A DNA stretch of 64,000 nucleotides from Lingula anatina. Taxonomy: Eukaryota; Animalia; Brachiopoda. The translations under genes and the position numbers were made by a program. The notes beneath the pieces were generated by a model. It was given only the letters and a program-made list of their open reading frames with translations, did not search any database and was not told the DNA's origin. Positions 40,913 through 54,217 of the stretch are shown here, one piece after another; within the stretch, counting starts at the first letter, position 1; each line of letters opens with the position of its first letter. The DNA is taken from NCBI GenBank assembly GCA_051362555.1, contig CM120641.1, positions 43,654,401-43,718,400 on the forward strand, written 5' to 3'.

Positions 40913-42474
40913 TTACCGCACACCTCGTCACTTCCGTCTCCGCAGTCGTCTTTGCCGTCACATTTGAGGGAGCTTGAGATGCAGTTCCCGTTAGTGCAGG
41001 TGAATTGGCTGGGTGAGCAAGTCTCTGAAAGACAATTACACAGCCATGTGCTTTCCATGAATAATCATAACGATGCTAATATCTTCTAAAATATTGCCTT
41101 CGCATAAAAATAAATTCTGACGTCGAATTTGCTTTACCGTGTGAATTTCCTTTTTCGTTTTTCAAAGTCTAATGAGTTAAGTTTACGGCTTTTAGTTTAA
41201 AATTCAAATGAAGATCAAGGGGCAGAGAATGAAGTCACGCACTCTTCTTAATTTTACATGGAGCTATAGGTGAAATATTCCCGCCAAGAGCTCAAGTTTC
41301 ACTCTTCAAGTCGATTATAAAAAGTAATTTCATTTAGACTTACATCGGGACAGCTGATCTGTCTACTTACTTGGTGGATCCACAACAGTGTATCTGATAG
41401 AGAAGCCACTTTCCTCCACCGCCTCGTCACTGGTGAATGTCAGATAGAGGGCGTTGCCTGTGGACGAGATGTCGTTCTGAGTACCCTTCCCGCAGTAATT
41501 CTTGATGAGTCTGGCACTGGTTGAACTGCCGTCGTAGACAGACAGTTTGTCGTACTGGCAGCTGGTGCCTCCCTCTTCTACAGCAAAGGCCAGGAAAGTG
41601 AGCTTGATGATCTTGCCGGCTGGGGCAGTGATTTTCCATTGACAGTTAGCACTGGACAAATAAGAAGAACAATATAAACTGCCTGCATTTACTTCTATAT
41701 ACAGTGTAAGTCCAGATTTATATATATTATTTTCGCAACTATGGTTCATGAAAATTACTTGCACTCACGAACGAAATATAAACATGGAAATATGCAAGCA
41801 TGGATCGCCATTCTCTTTTTTATAGCCATATTTCCATCTCATTTGTTAGAATGGTTTCAGAACCAGTGCGGGATGTACAGCTTCTTAATTTTCAATTTTT
41901 TATACATCCCAACCTCCTGCGTAGGAACGTTTGCGGCATTTTACTTAAAGTTTTTCGCGCTAAGCACTTATGCTAGATAGCCTTCTACGGAGCAACAAAA
42001 TCTGGATGAGTGGATGCGCGGTAAATTTCATGCTAATTTGGCGCAAAGGGTAAGAGTCCGAGAAGTATGCATATAGGCAGATCTTAAAATATACACTCCT
42101 GTACCACGCACCGGGTGCTCAGAGTACTCACTATCAACCTGATACTTACTTGTTGTTGTAATTACCAGTTCCGTAATTGAGAGATTTGATGAGTCCAGTT
42201 GTACCTGTGAGGTCACGGTTCCCGCCACACCCAGACTGGATGGACGTGGGTCTGGCAGTAGTGATTACGCGTTGGGTGGTGGGTCTGCGGGTGGTAGGGG
42301 GGACTGTGGGGCGCGCAGTGCTGGCTGTTGTATGGATTATTTGAACAATACTTTAAAAAACGTGCATTGTACATTTTCTTTAAAATATTACATATTTCAC
42401 GAATGTCAACTGTATAGTGATGAAAACAGTTATAAACAAACTTTTTAGACATGCGTAAAAGTTCTGTTCATCAA

Positions 42475-42516
<42 letters not shown>

Positions 42517-44931
42517 CCTTGGATTATTTTAAAATCTCCAAAGTATACCTATCGAAAACTATCCAGAAAATAGATAAACATATACATAAAATCAGAATCT
42601 TTAATACCGATTTAGAATTCCAATTTTATTGTCACGAGCGAATTTAAATCCACCAGTCTCCATCCGTATTTCTATTCTATCTATCATCATTTCAATGAAA
42701 TTTTCGCGTTTTTTAACATTATATCATAGTCTTATCATCATTATCAACGTTACTGAGTTCCACTAACCTGATGCTCCTACTGCTGACCAAGTCATCTTGA
42801 AGCCGGTCTTCTTCACAGAGTCGTCGCTGTTGAAGACGACCACCACCTTATTACCGGAGGAGTACACTGGGGCGGGGGCAGTCTCACCACACAGACGTGC
42901 TGAAATACAGCGAATCAAATGGCAAGATATGAATACACAGAGTAATAATAAAACACAAACGTAATCTGTAATCTCATCACATTCGATTTTCTTTTGTGCA
43001 AATTCAAGACAAATAGATATTGTCAAGGCACACACATGCTTTCTTTATTTCCCCCAGTTGATGAACTAATATAAACGAGGTCATACTACGTGTCACTTAT
43101 TTTCCCCAATACTGTCAGACTTACTTATCTGATTCGAAGGACTCTGTGGGTATTCGAAGATTGTGAGAGTGTCATAGTTACAATTACCGCCGGCGTAACC
43201 TTCTATGTTGAATGTGGAAGCGAATTCCATTTTGATTCTCTGAAATGAGTTCCAATATCGACTTCGATTTTTTAAAATATTGACAAAGTATGGAAATTGA
43301 AACGGTAATTGGACTTCTATCTTAACTTTTCTTGTAAATGTGATTTTCAATAAACAACTATACGAGCTTTTCAAGGAATGGGTTTTGCAATTAAATGTTG
43401 CCCAATACTTCCCACGTCTCTTTCTTGTACTGTAGTCAGCAAAAGAAATTCAATGTTTGCAGAACATTGTCTAACTATCACCTGCAGTTTTTTTTTATCA
43501 AAGCGTTTTTTCACATTTTCTGTAACATATTACTAACAGTTTTGTATTTCGAAGTACAGCATGGATGTATCACACTCAACCTGGAACTTTGTCATTGTCA
43601 TATTTACTATTGTCACATTAGTAATATCACATGATTGCACACACGAACCGTAAAAGCAAAATACACTTCCACCAAACTGTGTATATGTATTGCAGTGTTT
43701 CATGTCTTATATGTACAGTACACAAGGAAAATTTAGAAATTAATGAAATTATTAAGAACGTTCACTGAAAAAAACAACCCCAAATGTCTTACCATTCCGC
43801 TGGGAACGGTGATGGTCCACCTGCAGTTGAGATCGTTAACGTAGCGGCTCGGGTAGTTAAGACTGTTGATGGACCCGGTGGTCCCACTCTGGTCGCGGGG
43901 ACTTCCGCAACCTGAGTCAACGGCCAAAGGTCCTGCGGTAGGTTTGGTGGTTGTAACAACGGGAGCAGCAGTCGTAGCTGTGAAGAGATGTGATGCTTTT
44001 TTTAGACAATTACCGCCTTCGTGACTATGAAGAAACAGAAAGGGGGACCTCGTATGTGGATTTATGGTGTAACGGATGGTGTTCGCCATTTTCTTGAAAT
44101 TACCAAACATCACTACATGTACTTAGTGCTCGTTTATCTACTTTCAAATATTGTGCACAGGAACTTTTATCGTATGAAAGCAATGCAACACCGATGCTTC
44201 ACACACTACTTACTATCTCTTGCTCTCCAGGACAAGCTGAATCCAGCCTCGTGAACGCTCCTGTCAGACACAAATTTCACAATGACCTTGTTGTGGAGAA
44301 TACCAATGGAGTTGGGGGCTGTCTCTCCGCAGTATCTGCCTAAAAAGTGGCACAGAATAACATCCCTCATACATTGTAGTTCAGTTTTACAAAATCTAAC
44401 GTTACTTATTCAAACAGTGTGGAACATGTTTTCATACACTGTAGATTTTAAATATAAAGGTACATGTGCCGGTATATCGTTTGATAGAGTATGAGATTGT
44501 TGTTTTCACTACAAACAAACACATGATCTCAACGATAAAACGATGAAACACATCCGGTACGTGAACTTAATTCCGAGCACATGGTTAGCTTACCGATTTC
44601 TGTTCCAGTAGATACCGATCCAAGATAGATGGCCACATAATCGTACTTGCAGTCTCCGCCACTGTACCCCTCAATGTTGAATCGGGAATCAAAGGAAATT
44701 ACCATTGTCTAAAAGAGCAACAGAAACAGATTGAAAGTAAATACCTTTTGTTACCTAAATGTATAACGCACCATTTTACGCAAGATGCTAAAATCAAAAA
44801 GTAGTGCCTACCAATTTGTCAATTTGCCTCTTTTAAAATTTGCCGTTTTAAAACCATCGTGATTCACGTTAAACAATCTGCTATTGGCAGTGAATTTAAA
44901 AATATGCAATTCCCAATTTTCTGGACGTAAT

Positions 44932-44962
<31 letters not shown>

Positions 44963-47900
44963 TTATTATTTTTTTGTAACAAGTATACAACATGTGGGCC
45001 TAGTCGCAGAGTCCTTAACTGTCCCTCCCAATCAGAGATTTCCAGTCACTATGAGCTGTTAGTCCTGATCCTCAGCTATCAGAATGCCATTAAACAAGGG
45101 GCAATGCCATTAAACAAGGGGCGGGTGGGGCGTATACCTTCCCAGCTGGCACTGTTATCTCCCACTGGCAGTCGGCGAGGTCGTCGTAGGCGTTAGGGTA
45201 GTTGGAACTGGTAATGGTTCCCGTGAGACCAGTCTGGTACTTGGCACTGCCGCATCCAGAGCTCACCACCGGGGAGGCTGAACACATTCACAAGTCAAAA
45301 ATCAATTTAAAAAAGTTATTCCAGAATTAAGAGGAAACTACATGTAGGCCTACCGATCCTTTTTATGGTACAGACAAGATATTTTCTTTCTATAGGTTAA
45401 TTTTTGCGCCAAATATTTTATGCATTATTACACCACATATTGCATGTATTGTTTTTGTATATTATTGTATACCAATGTTCTTTACTTACATGTAACACCT
45501 CCACCTACGTAAGTTATGGTCAACTTGAAGCCACTGGCCACGGTGTCGTAGTCAGAGTGAAACTTGATGAAGATGTCGCTCTGGGTGGTGTAGAAGGTGG
45601 GAATAGACCCGGTGCCGCAGTAAGTCCCCAGCTCCGTGGCCTTGTCGCTGTCTCCATCGTAGAACGACACGTAGTCGTAATCACAGCTGTAATATTTGAC
45701 ATCTGTTCAGACCCATTCTTTTCATATTTTTATGTTGTTATTGTCAAAATATTATTTATCCCATAGCTATGATAAAGGTTACATCTTCCAAATTTATTCT
45801 GGTATGTACCAGAGGCAATGCTATAATGCGGTATTAATTTTTATTATTATTTTTTTAATTTTTGAAAAATTTAAAGTTCAGTACGTTTTTTTATCCACCT
45901 GATCAAATAGGATGAGTGCATTAAAATTACCGAGTATTTACAAAACTAGTTTTAATGAATTCTTTTTTTTACATTTAAACATGTTGCCTTTCTTAAAAAC
46001 CATAGCCCTCACTTTGAATCATCCTCAAGGTCAAAGTTGTTGACCTCGACCTTGATCAAGCCTCCCGAGTAACCTTGTAGATGCCACGTGCAGTCCATGT
46101 CGTTGAAGTAGTTTCCTGATCCATACCTAGTGTGTGACACTAAGATGGACTTACCGCCGCTAGAGGTGACACTGCCACACTGCGACGATTGGGCCTGAAT
46201 ACCTATGGAATACAGGTAGAAATAAAGAAGCGGTTTCAAAAAAAAGATACTTCATGGTATATATTACCACTTCATGGGATAAATGCCCTAATTTTACTGA
46301 CAAGTCGACTTCATATAGAGACCTCTACCTTCAGTGGCAAGACATACATTCTTGCTACTGTGTACCCGCAACTACTATAAACCTGCTCCGTCAATAAAAC
46401 CACACATGGTCAGCTATATGTCCTAGGCTTCGTTCACATGCAATGTCTATTTTCTAAATTCTATTTTCTATTCGCGCTATCTTATGATCACGGTCTGTGC
46501 ACTGAATATCCCGCCGCGTAATTACTGGCAGCGCGAGCCAGTTACTTATAGTAACGTATAGTAACTGGCTCGCGCTGCCAGTAATTACGCCGGATATTCA
46601 GGGCACAGACCGTGATCATAAGACATACCGCGAATAGAAAATAGAATTTAGAAAATAGACATTGCATGTGAACGAAGCCCTAGTTTAAAGGCAGGCAATG
46701 TGTTTATTGATAGACTTTGTTTATCTTACTGTACAGGTTCCCGTTAGAGCCAATTTTGTGTGTCCCTGACGCTGTTTTATTAAAATTGACACCACCAGTT
46801 TAAAATATATTGCCTCCATTCGAGGCACATTTATCTCAGTCCTCAGTGTAACATCATCTACATGTACATATTTTTTGTAAATGTCAGTTAAGGTCAGAAA
46901 GTTCCATTAGTGACATTTTTTAAATGACTCTGGTCACCTACAGCTTTCACATACATGTATAACAGTTCCCAGCACATGTCAAAGCAAACACGTGTTCCTG
47001 ATTCTTTGTACAATTAATATATATACAAGCCCAACACTTCAAAATAAACTTTCGTAGAAGACAGAAGCATTGTTGTTGTCTCTCCCTTGAATTCTACCTC
47101 AAACGTCAAGAACTCGAGAGTAACATGAGATGGGGAAGCCCAGCTGCTAGGCAGTGGTGATCCTAGCTATGCTATCCGTAAGACACAATTTCTTTCCTCT
47201 CTGTATTTTTTACACTTGTGTGTGGACACCCCTGGTCTCTGAGTCAGTTGCTTTCTTATTTATCTAGTTTTCTATATTGGATTATTATCCTCTTGTATTT
47301 TTTAAGTATCCTGTCTATTGTGCATTTTGGAGATTCTTTATTTAACTTCATGTGGACTGTAAACGACGTGTGAAATGGAGGAATCAGGAAAAAACCCAAC
47401 AGGAGAGTAGAACAATTCTTCAGTGACTGGGATGAACGAATTAAACAGGACTTTTTGAGTAGCCTGCTTGAGAATGTTGAAAACAACAGCTTCAATAAAC
47501 TCGAACGAGATAAAATACGCACTGTCATAAGAGTGATTAACGTTACTCCCCCCAACAGCAAATATACGTGTCTATCTCGACATTATTGTCTAGAATGAAA
47601 CATGATATCGACCTTTTTTCCACACCCAACCAGAAATGAAACATGTTTTGCTACAAATGTCCCATGAAGTGGAAAATATCGCAAAGTCGCCTGAGGGTCC
47701 TTATTTTTTAACCAATGAAGTAGCCTTCTATCATGAAGTAGTAATGCTTATCTTATGAAGTGGTAATATACCATGAAGTACCTTAACAACCGTTTTTAAC
47801 TGAATGCCATCTGTTTAATCTTTGTTTTTGTTGTCAGTGGGGGTATGGATAACTCTTGCATGCAAACATGACAACCAATACACGTGTCCTACATAATTAG

Positions 47901-48677
47901 GGCTTAATTTGTTGTTCTAATACACTAGCAAGTTATTCGACGTTTCACCTCATGCTGTGTGCGAAAACACGAAATGGTTCATTTGAGGGTTCCCTGCACT
48001 GAAGACGCAGTGGTACATCCTGGTGAATCTTTGTCAAGGAAGAGATCTACTTAAAAGATTTTTTGCAGACCAGATTTTTTTAACAATTAAAACGTACGAA
48101 CAATCCATTCGGGTTCTTAAAACGTTTTTTCCATTAGATTTTGGTTATTCGGTGAAAGGCAAAATGACTAATTTGTAGAATAACTAGACTTTATCTTGAA
48201 GTGAGACCTAGATGACTCATTTGTCGTTTTTTCAAATAAGTGCATTCGCTAGCAGTGGCTTGAACCAGGAACTCTTGCTCTAAACAAACTTCAGACTTTA
48301 GACCCTGACATCATTTAATATATATTGAAATGTAAACTGTCTAATCTATAAAATATTTTTTGCTTTCAGTGCTTTTCTCCGTTTTTATTTAATTTATGTT
48401 TACAGTGTACATGGAAATAAAATCTCAGCAGAGATGTGAAAATTCATACTATGAAAATAACAAACATACTGACAGTTACCATCAGAATGTTTAACTGGCG
48501 CGTCTAATAAAAACTACATGTTGATTTGTGTCAGATTTAATCGAACCATTGTTAGCGAACGTGCATCAATCAGTGCATGAGTATTAATTTTTATTTTGAA
48601 ACGCAACGGTCAATAATTTAAAACAATGCCCTACCTGCAAACAATCCAAGCAACCCTAGAACAAATAGAAGACCCAT
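37856..48677 (-). CDS. Secreted multidomain trypsin-like serine protease: SP - 4x CUB - LDLa - protease (ovochymase/matriptase/enteropeptidase-like architecture), about 851 aa
   Basis: Seventeen exons: 48677-48635 ([15 protein letters not shown] signal), 46202-46013, 45686-45490, 45277-45138, 44708-44594, 44339-44214, 43977-43793, 43239-43125, 42899-42768, 42324-42150, 41651-41371, 41024-40917 (LDLa [32 protein letters not shown]), 40648-40465, 40140-39884, 38935-38796, 38298-38214, 37938-37856. Total 2556 nt with consistent phases. R|IVGG, TAAHC, DNDI and DACQGDSGGP are intact, and the S1 Asp indicates trypsin-type specificity. Confidence 0.92.
38119..38196. repeat. Compound (CT)n(TA)n microsatellite
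   Basis: Read directly. The paralogous site near 26824 has only CTCTCTCTATATA. Confidence 0.95.
39034..39475. mobile_element. Two adjacent, oppositely oriented copies of a Tourist/Harbinger-like MITE (39034-39246 and 39250-39475)
   Basis: Flanks are TAA|...|TTA|...|TAA. Each unit starts GG..TTCCCAGA..TTTAGATCGATCTA and ends TCGATCTAA..TATGGAAATGGGGTG, and the internal halves are reverse complements of each other. Absent from the paralogous intron near 27905. Confidence 0.8.
46426..46679. mobile_element. Foldback MITE (Harbinger/Tourist-like), near-perfect 254-bp palindrome
   Basis: CTA|GGCTTCGTTCACATGCAATGTCTATTTTCTAAATTCTATTTTCTATTCGCG ... CGCGAATAGAAAATAGAATTTAGAAAATAGACATTGCATGTGAACGAAGCC|CTA, with a 3-bp TSD (CTA). 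It lies in intron 1 of the protease. Confidence 0.88.
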
Positions 48678-48715
48678 GTTGACGGCGATCGTCCTGTGGG
48701 CTCAAACTGAAGTGG

Positions 48716-48724
48716 TGTATATAA
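48716..48724 (-). promoter_or_regulatory. Candidate TATA box of the CUB-LDLa protease gene
   Basis: TATATA about 40 nt upstream of the signal-peptide ATG at 48677. Confidence 0.5.
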
Positions 48725-49450
48725 CGTGGGGTTGTTTTCTTAACGGCGTAAGCGGCCTCGGCACGAGGGAGTGCCCCTGAAGAGACGCAGATGCCGTGAC
48801 GTAACGATTGTCTCACGAGAGACTCATGTCATAAAGGTGTGGGTCTGGAATTAAAGGTTATAGGGAACATATCAGTGATCTGATCGATCGCCAAAATATG
48901 GCCCAGCAAGTGATATGACTATACTGTATTTCAAAGCTGTCAGCTAGCCCCGCTTTATCCAGTTTGCCATGCAGCTTTTGTTGATATCAAAACAGCCTAT
49001 ATTTTCCATGTGTAGGTAGCAAATGTCGGTATTTTGACAAGTGGTTTAAACAGATGTCAACATGACATAATCCACCTTTCAGTGGAAGTTATTGGTTTGT
49101 TTTCTTTAATGAAATCTAGCTTTTTAAACAGAAGAATGGTTAAACAAGGAAGTATAACACACTATTGGATTTATTGAAGTACAGTTCCCTGTAAGCTAGG
49201 TTCAAATTTAGCTGGTGTCGCAAATATCAACCATAATGAATGCGAATGGTGCGGAAACTGTAAAATTTCTCTCACGATAAATTCACGTCACACTCAAGGA
49301 AAGAAAATTTGCTTCCCGCTGGACACCGTGTAGCCCCCGTGTTATTGTAAGAACTAAAATATTATTTATCAAATTGTTATCGCAGTTTTAGTACAATAGT
49401 TATAGTTTGTTAGGTCATAGTCGTTCTAAAATGTACATGTACCAAGCAAA

Positions 49451-49481
<31 letters not shown>

Positions 49482-49649
49482 ATGGAGAAAACGTGTATGA
49501 CAGTCCTCTTCTCCCATGTCTTGAGATAATTCTTAATGGTCACGCAAATGTCTGTGTAATTCTGTAAAAGTCACGAACCTAGACCACAGATAAACTGGAC
49601 AGGTCAGAAAAGAGACTGGCCTGCCACTGGTCACTTGCGTGGGGTTTAA

Positions 49650-49837
49650 GGCTCATTCCACATGAAACATTCGTTCTACGTAGATCAATCCAACTCCGCG
49701 GGGACTCTCGCTGAATGCAATCAGACGAACACGCCTTCTTTTGTTTTCAACGCACTCGTATGATGACCATCTTTTCTGTATTCTACTCAACGTCAGAAGG
49801 ATCGATTTACCTAGATAGTTTTTTGGGGAATGGGCCC
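49650..49837. mobile_element. Tourist/Harbinger-like MITE related to the 39034-39475 family
   Basis: TAA|GGCTCATTCC ... GGAATGGGCCC|TTA. Internal TAGATCAATCCAACTCCGCGGGGACTCTC resembles TAGATCGATCTATCCCCGCGGGGAGTCTC at about 39052. Confidence 0.6.
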
Positions 49838-52800
49838 TTAGAAACCATTAAATCGATGAACACAAACCTGGGGTCTGGTGGTTGCTAGGTAGCTGGAGTA
49901 ATATTAGAATGTGGTGGTTTTCCTGATAGCCCCTGCGTATGTGTCACAGTGTATTATATATATTATACGTTTTCTCTTTGTCTAATGCGTGTAAGCCTTA
50001 GAATTTGGTTTAACTCTCTTTTTAGAACTTGACAATCCCCTCTATTAACGCCTCTACACGTATGTAATCCACCCTGAGCTGGACACAAGTTAATATAGTT
50101 AATATCTAATGTACCATTTTACTATTAATTATAAATAATTGTAAACCGCTTGTAAACAGTTAATGTATTTTTTGTTTTACCTCACAAAATAAGCAAACAC
50201 CAACCAGGTAAATAATGAAAAAACGAAAATTAAAAACTGGGTCATTGTATCAATATATCCACGTGTCTTCAAACCATCACGTGCCACTTAATTATGATAA
50301 AATGTGGATGGAGGGATAGGAAATGAACAGACATCAATAGTACCTAACCAATATATGTATTACTCTTTTATCTTTTATAGTCAAATAACGCATTTTAGGA
50401 ATGTTTTTCTGCACATTTTTATGCGATTCGTTGCCATCGACAAACGTGAGGAACGTTTAATTTCACCTTGGTCGCAAACCTGTCATACCGTATAGTATTC
50501 CAATACAGCTGAAGGTTTTAACAATGGGGAATTCTTGCACTTTCTGGCATTGCAAGGGTTTCGTTGCGTGTAATTTCTAGCTTTTTATATACTACCTAAA
50601 TGTCCAGGAATCTCTCAGTTTAGAAAAAAATTCGCCCCTAAAATTGCTCCTTCGCAGTTGTCTCTTCCTGATAATCGTCGCCCATTCAATGCGTCGCATA
50701 GAGTAGTTATCTAATGTTTAAATATATCCATCATATCTAAATACGATAAAAGCTATTAGACCTGTGAACCCAAGTTCATGAGGCATCGTTTATCGTGATA
50801 TGCTGCAAGATGGTAGAGCTCACACGCATCTTAGATTGTAACACGTACTGCCAAGCAAACTGGACACCTACAGCTACTATGGAGGACTAAATTAACCGTA
50901 TGACATTAAAAGACATATATATAGGCCTACTTAACTTTTTACTTTACAGAGCATCCAAAACCCTTCCCAGGAGATGCTTAAGACATGGAGATTTTGTTTT
51001 ATGAAAGAAATTATTAGAAATATAGAAATATCTGCACCGTTAATCTCTGTCTCCATTCTATTTCAGGTTTTCAAAGACAACTGTTCTTGGAGATCGGGTA
51101 ATAAATCACACCTAACGCAATTCCGGCTGGAGAAGGCGGCGGAAGATGCGGCGCTGAGAGGTGTGAATTATGCGTAGTCATATGCATGGTGGGTGGTTGT
51201 ATAATGAACTTCGCGCCGACAGAATTTTCCTACACCTAGAGTTATGAATTATTTATATAATAACTACATGTATACATTTGTTTCATGTGCATTTATTACA
51301 ATATTGCTATGTAAGTAAACCTACTGTACTTGTAACCCTATGTGGATGCCATTTTACAGAAATTGAGTCTATTTGCATATTAACTTAACTTTAACACCCA
51401 TCTTTTCTGATGAATCATCTGGCCATAAGTTATATGGTTTCTTATAATCGCTGTTTTCACCCGGGCATCACATAAATCGCCTGGTAAGTGTCAGGATTTC
51501 CTACGGCAACGCAAATCCTGAAAGTATGAAACTCATTTATTGGGTAATTGAAAAGTAAACCATAATTCTCTGAAACTTAGTTGACACGTAACACAGTTTC
51601 ATTGATTTTTCGAGGAATTCATTTGTACAGAAACCTCGACACTATCGGCCATTGGCTTAGGTTTGGTTTCTTATTTTTTCTTTCCACAATGATCACGGAA
51701 TGACCTAAATGCGACATTATTGAGTACAGCATGAATAGTTGTACAAGTGGTTGTACGACGTGAATAATTGTTCTGAAATTTACATTTTGCACATACACAT
51801 ATCTTTAAAACCTGTGATTTTTGTTTTTGTTCCCACACATTTCATTACAATCGACGAGTTTCAGTTTGATATTATCTAGACTTCGACATTTTTTTTACTT
51901 TATAACCTCAAACAAAAAAGGTAAACATTTGCATTAATCTCATTGACTCAAGGCAAATGACAACTCAGCCGTCAGTTGATTTATACAGTGTTTCAAGGCA
52001 GTGTGCCTCGTACATGATATATTGTACCACTTAAACCAGTAACTGATGCAATAGACCCATTCTGCCCAGATGACAAAGCTATTAAGCATAAAATTGCATA
52101 AGGTTTAAGTGTTTTGCGTTTGCTTTTAAGTAGAATCTATCTGAGCCGTAGATAGGGAGTACAAATGTCGGTAACATGGGGTGGACTTTTCAACATTTAA
52201 AAAGCCACTTAAACACATTTAGGATACAAAAGTACTTTTGCATCATTGCCTTAAGTCTTTATTATTAGCATGTAAATTCATTCTTAATTTAAGGAGCTAA
52301 TTGTGCTATTGCAAAATCAAATATTATAGACTCAATCGACTACTTTTAATGGAAGGCATTCCGGAAGATAAATATATAAATTTTGAGAATGCAAACAAAG
52401 TTTAAACCATGTGAGTCTATCCGCGGCAACCAATTAAAACACACAACAATCTTAGTTTAGATGATTTTGCATTATATTGCCACAAGTACACGGTAACATG
52501 AATCACGGTTCACAAGTATGAGCTCTACAGTGAAACCTATGGCCTACAATTTGCAAATTACATTGTTGTTTGCTGTCTCAAATACCAATATTTGCTGGCG
52601 CAACTCTATTTTGCTTTTGAGTTTGAAAAACTAATGAAATGTACCATTAAAAAACTAGCAGGTTGTGTTTGTCCTGTTAATTAACATGCGAAAGGAAACA
52701 GCCTTTCAATTGATGTGGAGAACACAGCTCGGTGAAATGTATTGATCGTTAATGTAACAGCCGTTGGTTAGGAAGCGGATGCAAAACCCTCGTTCTTTGC

Positions 52801-53216
52801 TTGGTGAGAGTTTGGTGAGAGTTTGGATAGCTTCTAACCTAAGCTGTCATTGCATCAACATAAGTGCACTTGAGGACAGAACTCTTGAAGGTATAGCAGA
52901 AGCTGGTCTCGACTGGCTGGTCTGAAAGCGTACAAGAATATTGGTTCTTCGGTTTTGTTCGTGAGGACAAAAACGCTCTTAGCAAATTCATTATACCCGG
53001 TACGTCTTGCAGCAGCAGCTGTATAACAAACATAACGTAACCCCGCGTCATAATCGAGCTTCTTTGTTCGATACCTTGTAGTAGAAAGCTTCTGAGGCCA
53101 CGGAAGAACCACCTTGGTGAACTCAGCGTGTTGCAAAAAATCAAAGTTTCTAAGGAAGAACCTGTCTGCTGCATATCACAACGATAATCACCACTATTCA
53201 CAGACCTTGGATAAAG

Positions 53217-54174
53217 ATGGAAGACAAAAAATGCAAATATGTCAAACTTGTGCGGGACCAGTGTCTACAAAAGGGTGTTGGTGGCATCAAAGCGCTGTCC
53301 GTTGCCTTCCGTCACATGGACGTTGACTATTCCAAAGCCATATGTCTGGAAGAACTTAAAAGAGGACTGCAGCGATACAGAATTAACCTGAAGGACGAGG
53401 AGATTGAGACGCTGTTCAGTACGCTAGACAAAGACCAAAGTGGACAGGTAGATTTTGCCGAATTTATGATTGCACTTCGACCCCCCATGCCCCAGGCCCG
53501 CATTGACGTCATCAACGAGGTTTTTGATATGCTGGACACTTCAAGAGACGGAAAACTTGAAGTCAGCGATCTCAAAGGTAGGCTAAACGGTGCAATTGGT
53601 ATTATCTAGAAATCTAGTTGTTGTTTTAATCATATTATATTCTTTTTACGATCTCGTATCATGGATATAATATTTGTTTGCACCATTGCAATCTAAAAGT
53701 ATCAGCAGTGCTGTTGTATTGCCCAAGGGATTTATTTTGGTCCGCTGTGAACAGAATCATGATGTATCTAAATCGAATTAGCGTTGATGTACATGTTTAT
53801 CAGACATTAAGAATCACTTTCCGTCAAAGCCTCATTCACTCCCTTCTGGTCACCTTTGAGAGTCGGAGCCCGTGACATTTATACTGAACAATTTCGAACC
53901 TGGATCAATTCCGAACCTGCGGTATAACTTATCACACCTGGGCATTTCGAATTTCTCTCCAGAGAAAAAGCTTACATTGATTACCAGGTACATGTAACAG
54001 AAAACCATACGGACTTTCTCGAAGCTGATTCTGTTATGTCTACTTCATGTAGTAACCATCCATACAGAGAGGGATAACTAGGCGCATATGCACATCGTTT
54101 TAATCATGACGTTACGCAATGCAAATCCGCCGTGTTTGGTTTTCGCTGCGTTTTCACGTGTATTGTACTGTATG

Positions 54175-54217
<43 letters not shown>

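Larger units (their letters stand above)
36370..42718. repeat. Segmental duplication copy B (paralogous to 24601-30493)
   Basis: See copy A. This copy retains the LDLa exon and the full Thr/Pro linker exon. Confidence 0.9.

Noticed and set aside
24601-42718. Duplication as a simple uncollapsed-haplotype artefact
   Set aside because: The copies differ by independent MITE insertions, exon deletions and many intronic substitutions, and are separated by unique gene-bearing sequence. Considered unlikely but not excluded without read data.
53327-53575. Antisense ORFs overlapping real exons (also 28485-28685, 39957-40157, 24360-24608)
   Set aside because: Shadow frames of the coding exons on the opposite strand.
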